Assembly: GCA_004022145.1 (NCBI GenBank)
Contig: RCNU01000006.1
DNA length: 64,000 nucleotides
Source of the DNA: Paecilomyces variotii
Taxonomy: Eukaryota
Direction: 5' to 3' (one strand)
Shown here in pieces: positions 37,595 to 49,142 of this stretch. Under the pieces are notes generated by a model. It did not search any database. It was not told the origin of the DNA and saw only the letters and a list, made by a program, of their open reading frames with translations. Numbering within the stretch: the first letter of the stretch is position 1; every line of letters begins with the position of its first letter. Position numbers and translations under genes: made by a program.

Positions 37595-39430
37595 TTATCT
37601 CTGAGGAGGCATGCTATTGTCCTCTTTATCCTTATACGGCCAATTACGCCAACAGATCTCCTGTTGGTCTGCCTCTGCTTGCCTAACCATTTCCATTCGG
37701 AACTGACGATTGCCCTCTACTGCCCGCTCAAAATTGTCCGGCTCGGTGCCGCCTTCCAGGTCGATATTGAGGTGTTCTCTAACCCGGGACAATAGCTGTT
37801 CCGACTCGTTCCATTCCTGCGATTCTGCTATAGCTGCCTCTCGTTCTTCATCGCTGAACACAACCGGACAAACTGCCGAGGAAATTTTGCTCCATATCGA
37901 TGGAGTCGTAATGCCTACTAACGCAGCACGTAGATTGATTACGTCTGCGTCCCAAGGGTACCCTGTCTGGCGAAGGAGATACTGCAGCATTCCGAAATGA
38001 GGAAGTTTCAAAATATCCATGTGTTGGTCGTTATATATACCTGTCGCGGCTGTGTAGTAGAGGTTGGCCTCTTCTAAGCGAAAAATGGCTCTGGATTGTC
38101 TCTGTTCGTCGATACCCATCTCGTCGAAATGATCAGGGAGAGATGGAATCTGCAGACTTTGAGGCCGGGAGTAGTCATGCTCACAAAACGCGGGATAGCC
38201 TGCTTGCATAAAGCGCGGGAATATCACAGAATCCTGCCAATCAATGATACTGACAATTTTGGTGGATCCAGGTGCCAATAAAATGTTACTCAGACTCAAA
38301 TCGGGGTGTCTTAGTGTCGGAGCGCTAGAAGAACCCGGTGGGATTAAATAAGGCGCCAACTGTAGGAATCGCGAAAGTAACGAGCTGTGCTCGGAGGGAT
38401 GAATGTCATAGTTAGTTGGTAGAAGGAATGTCTGGCGAGGCTGAGCTTTGGCGTGATGCTGAATGACAGCCATCTCTCGGCGAGCCGCGGAGGTAACACA
38501 GTCCACGGTTGAAAGCCCTACGGCAATAATTAGCCCAGTTCACGTCGGTTCTTTTTCTAAAAAGCCAGAGAAAAGTAGGAAGGGAGAAAAGAGAACACCT
38601 ACAGGGCCCACGGTCAATCTCTGTTTTGCTTCGTTCGCCATGCCAAAACTGCCGGGCAGACACAGGGCCGATAACAAAATTTTCTATGGTTGGTATCTGG
38701 GTTTCCGTGTCAAGGTCCTTCTTGTAATATAAGCTTCCATACGCAGGAAAATGGAAATCAAAAATTTTCCTCTCTATATCTGCGATTTGTGCCATGACGT
38801 CTTTCACCTCGTCGGTTGTGAGGGATAACCACCGCGAGGCAAGACTCTCCCCCTCTACCCGCTCCATCAGAATATACTCTGCTCCGACAGGATTGTCCGA
38901 TTTTGCTGAATATGTCAAGACCTCCGGCACCGGCAGTTTGAGAACAGCTCGCAAAAAATCCATCGTCGCCACCTCACTGGCGGTGGTGTAATGCGGAGGC
39001 CCGGCAATGGGAGTGGGAATTCGTGCAATCACCTCACGACCATTCCTTGCTCGTAGACTAAACACTTTGTTGAAGCCTCCCTCTGCAAGCTTAGAAATAT
39101 CAGGGCAATAGTCTTGTTGCAGTGCTTCGCCGGCAATCCGTTGGAGCTCTGTTGGTCGAAACTTGACGAATCGTTCGTTTAAACGGTCGGTCTCGTTGAA
39201 TCTAACTGATATTCAGTAATTGAGACCGGAGACATCATAGAATTAACTTACATCCATCGTCGTGATGTATGTCGAAAGAATTCCTCGTGGAGTGCTGGTG
39301 GGCTGGTGGATAAATGATGGCGGGATGAAACAGATATAGCAGGCTGTCCAAAACAGACCCACGGTTTGCAGAAACAGGGGATGTGTGATACACTCCTAGC
39401 AATGGTGAGTCTCTGAGGAAATGTCACCAT
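37595..39430 (-). CDS. Aminoglycoside-phosphotransferase/kinase-like protein (Aim9-like fungal family); 3 exons
   Basis: FFRHTSRRWIFNE, KLAEGGFNKVF, VIARIP, TTASEVATMDFLR, NPVGAEYILME, the Brenner motif HPDLSLSNIL and IIDWQ. Introns are canonical and the frame is intact. Confidence 0.9.
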
Positions 39431-39774
39431 TATTCAAAAAAATAATATGAGAGGCAAAACATTGGGCGCACAAAGACGTTGACGGGGATGGGGTTTACTT
39501 GTAAGTTGACCACTGAAGGTGGAGCTACATTTTCTCTAGTCGGCTGGGGATGAGATAGGTAAGGTCAGCTTAATTCCCCGCCTTCACCTTCTATGTGATC
39601 CACAGACTGGTCACGGTGATCTATTATTAGAAAGTTTTATCCAACTAACTAAAGGCTAGATCTACTGATCTGAAGGGCCTTCAACTCTGGTCTACAGGCG
39701 ACACAACATAAGGACGAAGAAAGAATTAAAGAGGAAGGAAGGAGCATGAAAAAAGCTAATGAATAGATCACTCA

Positions 39775-40011
39775 TTAAAGCCTAGACGCATTGAGTAAAT
39801 AAACGGCCGTGCGTTTTCCCCACTTGACAAGTGTGGTCGGCAAGGTCGAAGTAGAACCCGATGTTTTTTTCAAGTCCCGTTGAGAAGTCGGGAATGTAGT
39901 TTTGCCAGCTCCAACGGTAGGCCTAGTAAATTTCTGGAAAGCAACATTGACCTTTTGCGGATTCAAGATAACATCGACCGCTTTCTTTCCAGAGTTCTTT
40001 AACCCAGACAT
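39775..40011 (-). pseudogene. Small hypothetical gene, probably frameshifted and truncated; 5'-UTR intron ~40068-40014
   Basis: A canonical GTGAGT...CTGAC/CTAAC...CAG intron sits directly before the ATG. MSGLKNSGKKAVDVILNPQKVNVAFQKFTRPTVGAGK continues more naturally in a shifted frame (NYIPDFSTGLEKNIGFYFDLADH). Confidence 0.45.
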
Positions 40012-40909
40012 GACTGAGAGACTAAGTTAGTCAGCACTGATAAACTAAAATAAAGGAACTTGACTCACCTAGGCTAGAAATTGGTATGTAATGAGGAAGG
40101 AAGATTCTGTGGCAACCGAGAGAAATGACTATCAGAGATCTAATTCTACAATCTATGAGCATGAACGAGCTCCAATTTATATGTCTGGTTTCTACTAGCT
40201 AGGATCGTTGGCAACTGAAAAAGAAGGGAGAGCAATCCTTCACCCAGATATGCACTGCAAGAGGTCTGCTTTCCAGGGATTGATAGGCTCTTGTTTCTCG
40301 ACGCATGAATTTGGCCGCAACACATGGAGTTTTGATGGAAGTCGACTAGACGACTAGACCAAAAAGGAGAACTCCTTAGAGGTCTGGTCCTAGCTGGATC
40401 TAACAAGTTTCATTCAGCACGCGGCTAACAGGATGTTTAGCAAGGGGGTGTAGACCTAACCAATGAATATCATTATTTGTAGTGAGCTTTGTAACTGAGT
40501 AGTTGAAAACAGCATATATAATACATTAATTCTGTGCATTTTACAAGGATGGTCAGAATCCTGTCGCTAATTGCGATAACATATTCTCTCTAGGTAGATT
40601 TCGGATCGCGAACAAGGTCTATATACCTGGGAATAGATTTGCTATAAGGCATGCCGACAGTAGCATGTAGAAAAGATGGGCGTCAAGCAGCCAGTTATAG
40701 GGGACCATATTTGAGATAGATAGCATACAAGGCAAGCGGAGGTTGATAAATGTCAAGTCTCATGTGCACCCGAACCCCGCATATCAAAGATCTCCCACAA
40801 GACTGTCAGCTTTGCTCCCTTTTCAAACTTCATTTCGCAGATAATCAACTTTTCGATTCTAGATCCAAATCTTTCTGTTCTTAGCTTTGTAATTTCCCTG
40901 ATCTCGAAA

Positions 40910-41335
40910 ATGGGAAGTTGTGCTGAATCGGACATCGAGACGATAAGAACTACAAAAACTTTAGAAGAAATGAGCATCGACCTAAATGATAATACAGAGA
41001 GCTTCGTTTCCCGTTGCATTGCTGCTCAGTCGTTTGCGGACTATCTGACCGATTCCGATACTGATACCGAAAACTCAACCCTACCTCCCAGTAGACGTTG
41101 GGTATGGTATTGCAAACTTCCTGGTTGCCCAAACTACTACTCAGCCTGGACTTGCAAAACCAATTTCCTCCTTCACCTCTACGAGACACCAATGCATCGC
41201 GAGGACGACAACACGAAGACGCGTGAAAGTCGATGTATATTAGCAAGAAGCTGGAGGAGAGAAACTGCGTATGATCTTAGCGAGCCAAAAGAATCACCCC
41301 CACAACATAATGACTATCAATGTGGGAACAGATGA
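40910..41335 (+). CDS. Hypothetical protein with C2H2-like zinc-finger motif
   Basis: 141-aa ATG ORF with aaaATGG context and an acidic N-half, containing WYCKLPGCPNYYSAWTCKTNFLLHLYETPMH (C-x4-C...H...H). Confidence 0.5.
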   Translation: MGSCAESDIETIRTTKTLEEMSIDLNDNTESFVSRCIAAQSFADYLTDSDTDTENSTLPPSRRWVWYCKLPGCPNYYSAWTCKTNFLLHLYETPMHREDDNTKTRESRCILARSWRRETAYDLSEPKESPPQHNDYQCGNR

Positions 41336-41749
41336 AGATGGCATACATATTTATATCTTCTCAAGAGGCGGCAGACAAACCGTTATGTGTTATGGCACAG
41401 GTTCACACGGAGAGGATTCAAGTTGCTTATCTTCAGTGTGTCATTTGGCTTTGGAGGCATTCCTTGGCCGACTTTCCCGGATCTGGTCTGTGTTCAGTTC
41501 ATTTTCCATGTAGCGAACTAGCTTCCCTGTAGGCAATCATATACTCGTCTGCTATAATGGTGATCTCATCGAGGTTCGGGAATGTCAGCAGAGTCTGAGA
41601 CTTCCGATATAGCAATATGACCCGTTCATCAGTGATATATAGGTGGATTGGCACGGCGGGACATCGCCGCATAGCTGAGTATGTGCAGCCCGTTCCTAGA
41701 GTGTACGGGAGAAAACCACTAATAAAAAGTGAGGAATAGGCAATAATCA

Positions 41750-43500
41750 TAGATTCATCAAGAAAGACGAAGGCAACGCCCTATAAGAAATAATCAGTAA
41801 GGTATTATCTGGTTTACCTTGTATTATGAATTGTATTGATATTAATGATAATGGGAATACCGCAAACAGTAAGTAGGGAGTTACGCAGAGAATATTAGGC
41901 ATACTAATAAAATTAAAATGACTCGATATTGCTGCTATAAGATTATGGTCAAGTTTCCAGCTATTGAAATGGAAATTAGCCAGGGTGTGCTCTTCTATTG
42001 GCCTGTTGGAGACTTTTATAAACTGGTATTTTGTGAGGAGATTGAAGTGAGAGTGAGTCCAGCTCTTATTATACGATTCCTGCAGTTTATTCTATGAGTT
42101 TTAATAAGCTGTTTAAATGTGTAGGCTGGAAGGCTCTGCGGCAGTACCTAAGGTGACTGAGTCTCAGTTGCCCGAATTGGATTCTAACAATTGCTGTGCT
42201 GCTGCCTGCTACTAGTGTTTAAGACGTTGGAAGTTCTATAACTACTAGCTTCGAGTGCGGTTTAAGAGAGGTAATCACACGCTAGTAACTCCACGACTTA
42301 ACTATACTCTCTTTCCATCTGAGAAAGTCACATAACATGCCAGATGCTGCCACACAAGCCCTCTCATTGGAAAACTCCAGCGAGACTTCCCAACCTTGCG
42401 TTTCAGAGCGCTAAATAACTTGCACACCTCTCCTGCATGACTGGTGATTCTAGACGACTTCACTAAATGCGAGAATACTTATAATTTATCAGTCGTACTA
42501 TCACAGGAATTAGCATAACCTACTTACCAGAAATTACTATTCTAAGAAACATATAGCACAAATTGGATACAGGTTTTAGTTTTTCTAAAATAGCAACAAT
42601 GCTCCTAGAATTGTCGAGTTTGGTTTCAGGAATGTGAGTAACCTGCTTAGGATTGATTCTCGTTCTAGGAAGGACCTTGTCCATCCTGGAATATCTAGTT
42701 CTGGTCCTCTGAATCTCATATGTATGTATTTCGCGGAACCATGATTCTCAAATAATAGCTCCCTGAAAAAACAAAGAGTGGTTTTAGGACTTTAGTCGCA
42801 ATTTCTATGATCAGCTTTAGTCCTAGTATCTGGAATAGAGACGCACTAAAGCCCTTGGAAGCATGTTCCCGAACAGTCGCGATCCTAGAGCCCAATCGCT
42901 ATTACTACCTTCCGGGATGTGTGGGATGGTCCTCGCTTTACACTACAAAACATGGACTTCTTCTTGGCGCAATATATCTGATCGTTTCGAAGTAGGCTAG
43001 TTAATAATTTTAGATAACAGTTTCCATGTTGAAGCAGTTCCCTACGTCCGAAGATATTCCTTTTCCCCATAATTCTTTCTCACTGATTGTACTAGGGAGG
43101 CGCATTTTTGTTGAATTAGGGACAAGCCACATTCACAGCTAGTATATTGTTGCTAATCTCCTAATAGAGATGTGGAAAGTAATATAGGGCAACGCTAACG
43201 ACTTTCTTCTTTTTAGTCCTGTCTTCCGTTTGGCTAGGTACTTGTTTAATCTTGTGGTTGCGGACTTCCACGAATGACTGTAGTTGTCGAGGGCTCGTGC
43301 ACGCTTCTTTTTCCTTCGTCTTGCGCTCAGGCTCAGACGAGTAAATACCCCGCAGTGACATATCAGTGCTTTCTCGGTGTAGATGCTGGAGCGCAACTCA
43401 GCCCATAGGTGACTCATTACTGTGTGTCTGATCACACAGAAAAAAATTTTGGTCTTCAACAAAATTATGATGGTAGCTTATCTTGCAAGCTGAAGTTTAA
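41750..43500. pseudogene. Second AT/TpA-rich degenerate tract (RIP-like gene or repeat debris)
   Basis: Elevated TA/TAG/TAA content, short broken ORFs and a residual intron-like signal on the minus strand near 42.5 kb. No family recognised. Confidence 0.35.
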
Positions 43501-43921
43501 AAATTAAAGCTGGTGGAGAGTTTCGGTATCCACTATCCACGCGCCGATATAGGCTTAACTATGGTAGCGGTCGAGCACGAGACCACCCTAGTGCCTATTC
43601 CTCTTCACCGGGAGTTGGCCATCGTGAGCAAAGAAAAATCTATATCGTCCCAGAGGATCCAGATCTGGAATCTTCATCGGAAGTTTGACCAGAATAATAC
43701 CAGACGCCTAGCTGTTAGCTAAGAGGTATTGGTGGCCAGTCGCGTTAACCGGTGAGAAAGGAAGCTTAAGAGTTAGATCTGTGCCGAGATAGCTTTGCAC
43801 ATCGGACTTCTACACCCGAGGCAAATCCGACTTCTAATCCCAGCTCAATTGACATCAGGGCGTATGCGCTCAGCTATCTGTTTCTGAGAGGCGCGCACAA
43901 GCAGGGATATACCATATTCGC

Positions 43922-44203
43922 TTATCCTAAGGGGCCAAAAGGAGGGATTCCATCCCTCGGTGTGAAGTCCCAGGACCTGGGAAACATGGCTTCAATCATA
44001 GAAGGGCAATCGTTATCTCCTAGTTTCTCATCGCCGTAGTGCTCTTCTTCTCTGGTACTTACTCTACGTTTGAAAGGTGGCAGAAGTGCGATACCAATTT
44101 TGCTTAAACAGAGGCGCACGTAACGAGCCGCCAAGCGTAGGGTGCTCTTGACACCTCTTGGGGAGAATCGCCGAGACCATGTGTCCATCTTGGATTTAGC
44201 CAT
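43922..44203 (-). CDS. Possible small hypothetical protein
   Basis: ATG-initiated 93-aa ORF (MAKSKMDTWSRRFSPRG...PFGPLG). No domain recognised. Confidence 0.2.
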   Translation of the reverse strand: MAKSKMDTWSRRFSPRGVKSTLRLAARYVRLCLSKIGIALLPPFKRRVSTREEEHYGDEKLGDNDCPSMIEAMFPRSWDFTPRDGIPPFGPLG

Positions 44204-45031
44204 CCAACAGGAAAAAAGGGAATGCTGGATGCGCATGTGGCGGATAATTTTGTGACGTACACGGGCCAACAATTTTGTTGATCGCTGCTCGGGGTAATAA
44301 GCACTTGCAGTGCAAGTTGTGGAGAAGAAGAACAAGCGGGAAAACTGGAGAAAGGTTAAGGCACTAAACTGGGACTAAGAAGGCAGACTCACCGGCCCAG
44401 AGCCGCCACAGCTTGTTCTCTGCGATGAGATGTCTGTTTGTTGCTGAAATGGTGGTTCTGAATAATAGAGGACGCAGCTGAGATCGAGTCTCTATCCGTT
44501 CTATGAGGCAGGGGCGTCTATGACTAGGATTCCAATTAACCTTGCCAGCATGCCAGTTGCGTCCATTTCCCCAGGTCTTCTCGCGTGGCATTGTTGCTGT
44601 TCCGTGGAGTACCAAGGGTATCTAGTGCTTCTTGGCTCTGCAATTTGGTGAGCTTGATGCGCTTGGCAACAACCATCCTCGGAGAAAAAGAGCTGTATGA
44701 GCACCACGGCATATCAGCACGGTACCAGAAGAACGAGAAGAAAAAAAAAAGCACGAGAGACGAACGGCTAGCTGCGGTACTGGATCTTCCTCGTGGCCAC
44801 GTTAGGCACGTTTGAGGTTATTTTTTTCTCCCCGAGCCTTGTCCGCATCCGGCTCCGAAGAAGGCATTCGGCTTCGAGTCAGAGTCAGGAAGAGCCAGCC
44901 GGTGACCGTTTTCCTCTGTAAGACTCAAGACTCAAGAGGGAACAAATCTCTGCCGTCCCGATCACGGAGACTAGACGGTGTCTCTTGAGCAAAGATCCCA
45001 GGTGCTGCGATAGGCCAGACAGGTCGCTTGT

Positions 45032-45286
45032 CCCCAGACTCCCCGTGGTCCTTAGGCTTGATTTACACTTTTCCCCAGTCCGGCTGTTTCTCCTCTCAAT
45101 GGATCCCTTAGATCCCCTCACCACGATCGACACATCCAGCATGGCGTACCATAGGGCGTCGTCTGTCTGCTATCGGAAATCTTCCGTTTGTGCCTGGTCG
45201 TCTGCCGGGAAAGAGGCACGCACGGTCAGTCGCGGGGTGGCATAGCCGCAGGGCATTATGTAGGTATTTATCTCCTCCTCCCCCGC
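45032..45286. promoter_or_regulatory. Cluster of CreA/Mig1-type SYGGRG sites upstream of jen1
   Basis: CCCCAG at 45032 and 45073, GCGGGG at 45232 and CCCCGC at 45281. This fits the known glucose repression of JEN1-type genes. Confidence 0.4.
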
Positions 45287-45501
45287 ATCTGGTCTCCTTC
45301 GCTCTTCCCTTTCTTCTCAGCCCTGACTCTTCAGTTTGTGAGACCAGCTCGGTGTCCGGAGAATAGTTACCTACCTACCTGCTCTGGGCTCTCCTGCTGC
45401 TAGTCTCCTTCCTGGTTCCGTTGCATTATCGCTGGGATATCAGTCCATATCGACTCTCTAATCGTGCATATTATATAGGAGGACTCATCTATAGTGCAAA
45501 G

Positions 45502-47224
45502 ATGGCAGACACGCAGGACAAGCCACAGAGGGTTGAGCTGGAGTCACCGCTCCAGCAGGAGCAGGAGAGTCAGCTCAGCCTCTCCAGCATTGGCCGGTTT
45601 CTCGTTACTCGTATTCCTACTCTCGTGCCGCCCATGCACCGGGTGCCCAACCCGATCAAGGCGCTGACGCTGTTGAACAAACAACAGTGGCTGTTTTTTG
45701 GTGTATGTCGTCTATTCCTGCGCTGTCCGCGCTCTGTATCCCCTTCGCGGAGGGCGCAAATGGCTCTCTCAACTATGCCATATCCACAGCTGACAATGTT
45801 ATTAGGTAGCATTCCTGGGATGGACGTGGGACTCGTTTGATTTCTTCACCGTCTCTCTCACTGTGACTCAGTTGTCGGAGTATTTTGGAAAGTCCACCTC
45901 GGATATAACCTGGGGAATTACACTCGTTCTAATGCTTCGTTCTGTCGGCGCCGTCATTTTTGGTGTTGCTTCGGATCGGTATGGACGAAAGTGGCCCTTC
46001 ATAGTGAACAACTTGCTGTTCATCGTGTTGGAGTTAGGAACGTCTTTCTGTCAGACCTATAAGCAGTTCCTGGCCTGCCGTGCCCTCTTTGGAATCGCCA
46101 TGGGTGGTCTCTACGGTAACGCAGCAGCTACCGCGCTCGAAGATTGCCCATACGAGGCTCGTGGTGTAGTCTCTGGTATGCTTCAACAGGGCTACGCTTT
46201 TGGATATCTGCTGGCTGCAGCCTTCTCGCGCGCACTTGTCGATACGACACCGCATGGCTGGAGGCCTTACTATTGGTTCGCAGCTTGCCCTCCGGCACTC
46301 TTCATTATCTTCCGTCTTTGCCTGCCTGAGACGAAGGCCTTTCAGGAGCGACAAAAGGCTCGCGCAGAAATGCGTGGAGGGGTGGCAGGAACCTTCCTTT
46401 CGGAGGGCAAGGTTGCTCTTAAGCGCCATTGGCTGATCCTGATCTACTTGGTTCTGCTGATGGCTGGCTTCAACTTTATGGTAAGTCAATCCATCCTTTC
46501 AGGTTTCCTGGCTCAGAAGTGCCCGCGCTTGTTGCATGGCGTAAAATAGTCAACTAACAGCTTTCTATAGAGCCATGGCTCGCAGGATCTCTACCCCACG
46601 CTCCTCAAAGCTCAATTCAAGTTCTCCGCTGATGCAGTTACTGTTACGCAAGTTGTTGCCAACCTCGGTGCAATGACAGGCGGCACAGTCTGCGGCTGGG
46701 CTAGTGGAATCTTTGGTCGCCGCTTTTCTATCATCTTTGTCAGCATTGTTGGCGGTGCGCTGCTGTACCCCTATACTTTCGTGACGTCCAAGAGAGTGAT
46801 GGCGGCCGCCTTCTTCGAGCAGTTCTGCGTCCAGGGCGCGTGGGGTATCATCCCTATCCATCTGATGGAACTGTCTCCGGGTGCAATTCGCACTTTTGCT
46901 GTCGGTACTGCGTATCAATTGGGCAACCTGGTCTCATCTGCCAGCTCGACGATCGAGTCAACCATCGGTGAGCGCTTCCCGCTGCCGCCAGCGAATGATG
47001 GCGAGAAACGTTACGATTACGGTACGGTTATCTGCATCTTCATGGGTTGCGTTTATGGATTCGTGATCCTCGTCACCCTTTTCGGGCCGGAGAATCTCGG
47101 ACAACAATTCGACGTTGAGCACGACAGCGACCTTGCCGAGGTGGCTGCCACCAGAGGCGCCAGCATTGACGCAAGTGACCCAGAGAAAGGAGTTGCCGTT
47201 GACAGAGCTAATGTGACGCACTGA
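45502..47224 (+). CDS. jen1: Jen1-type carboxylic acid:H+ symporter (MFS, SHS family); exons 45502-45702, 45806-46480, 46571-47224
   Basis: GWTWDSFDFF, SDRYGRKWP, RALFGIAMGG, the Jen signature NFMSHGSQDLYPT (split by intron 2), QGAWGIIPIHLMELSP and AYQLGNL. Confidence 0.95.
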
Positions 47225-47942
47225 ACTGATTCATATGAAGATATTGGTATGCACTTGGATAGCAAGAAACGAGATACCCATGAATTCTGTCCTTTCATGC
47301 AATGGATGACTCATGACAAGCTTGAAAGGGTTAGATTATATATAATGATTATTCTTCATGACCGTGTCATGTCATAATGTCACTTTGCTACAATATCAAA
47401 TGATGTCGACTTTGACATAGCTTCACTTGTATCTGTTTTGCTTTGGTGATGGACCAGTGAAGGATTATCCTGTGGTCTGAAACTCAACCTTGTGGTAGTC
47501 TTCAAAACTTCATTCTGACAGGATATCGCATCCCAGTTGTAGACGCACCGCAGTAATTCAATGGTAGTTAATGCTTGACCGTATGTAGATACGCGTCACG
47601 TGATAATCAGATTGACTTCACCTGCTGTGCCCGGTTTATCCAACTGCTCACACGTACACGTTTCGCCCATCCCGGGGCGCTTAGGATACGACAACATATT
47701 CTCCTACGCTACCAGGTAGAAGGGTAGGCGGCATAATTTATCCTCTTGTTTCTCGCTGAGAAATATACATGTTGATCCCCGGAGACCTAATCTCTATCTA
47801 CTACTATTGTTGATATCACACATCCGCCACACCATGGCTTCGTCCCAGAGCAATTGAAATCATCAAGCAATCAATATATCATAAACCGTACGCATCATAT
47901 ATTGCACAATATTATTCCACGTCCCCAAAGATAACAGTCACA

Positions 47943-49014
47943 ATGACGGATGTCGCCCAGTCAATCGACCTGCTACCCGCATCCGAACTCCGGCCGGAGA
48001 ACTACAAATTCCCCGCGGGGAAATTACAACGATGCAGCCAGTCTGGTAAAATACCCCTCGTGTTAATTGCCTGTGGCAGCTATTCGCCGCCGACGTTTCT
48101 GCATCTGCGCATGTTCTCGATGGCGTCGGACTTTGCGAGGATGAATACCGACTTTGAGGTCGTGGGTGGGTATCTCTCGCCTGTGTCGGATGCATATCAG
48201 AAGGCAGGGTTGGTGGAGGGGATTCATAGGTGGGTTGTACTATTCTGCCAAACAATTTTTTTTTCTTTGTTTGAATATGATTCATGATGTGCATCTATTC
48301 GTGGAAACCAAATGGGAGTACATCAGAACTAACAAGAGTATATATATACTACAGAATTCACATGTGCCAGTTAGCAGTCCAGACGTCTAAGTGGATCAAC
48401 ATAGACCACTGGGAGGCTATTCAACCAGAATATATGCCTACGGCTAAAGTCCTGGACCATTTCGAACATGAAATCAACTCTGTCCTAGGCGGGATCGAAG
48501 ATGCTAATGGAAAGCGCACGAGAGCGCAGATAGCCCTTCTTGCCGGCGCGGATCTGATTGAAACGTAAGCTATACCCGACCCTAAATTCTCAAAGAAAAA
48601 AACGAAAAGACAATGAAAAGAATGAGACAAAATCTCACTTGTCCCCAAGACAAGATCCTAATGTGTTCTGATTTTGATCTGGATAGCATGTCCTCACCCG
48701 ATCTCTGGGCCGAAGCAGACCTTCAACATATCCTGGGCGACTTTGGCGTCTTCGTCGTGGAGCGCGCAGGGACTGATCTCCGTGACGCATTGACTAGTCT
48801 GAAGAAATGGGAACACAATATCCATCGTATCCCGCAGGTGGTGCCGAACGAGATCTCGAGTACGAAGATTCGGACCCTGCTGAAGCAGAGGATGAGTGTG
48901 GATTATTTGATTCCGAGGGGGATTATTGAGTATATTGAGGGGAATGGATTGTTTATGGACGAGGAGGAAGCGGGGTCTGGTAAGGGGGGTGAGAAGGTGG
49001 ATGGGCGGAAGTGA
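47943..49014 (+). CDS. Nicotinamide/nicotinate mononucleotide adenylyltransferase (NMNAT), divergent; exons 47943-48229, 48355-48564, 48687-49014
   Basis: CGSYSPPTFLHLRMF (T/HxxH-type motif), GGYLSPVSDAYQK, TAKVLDHF, LLAGADL, ISSTKIR and SVDYLIP. Confidence 0.93.
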
Positions 49015-49125
49015 ATTGACTACTACATGTATGGATTTATGGGGTTATACTCTAAAGAAGGAGAGGGGCGTTTGGTATGTATAATATGAATCTTTTCTCT
49101 TCTTTATTTCTTTTAGAAGGAGGTA

Positions 49126-49142
49126 TTTTTTTTTTTTTTTTT
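49126..49142. repeat. poly(dT) tract, 17 nt
   Basis: Direct count. Confidence 0.85.

Noticed and set aside
25900..44400. Intact transposon, LTR element or Starship
   Set aside because: No transposase, reverse transcriptase, DUF3435 captain, LTR or TIR could be recognised by eye. Only degenerate tracts are present.
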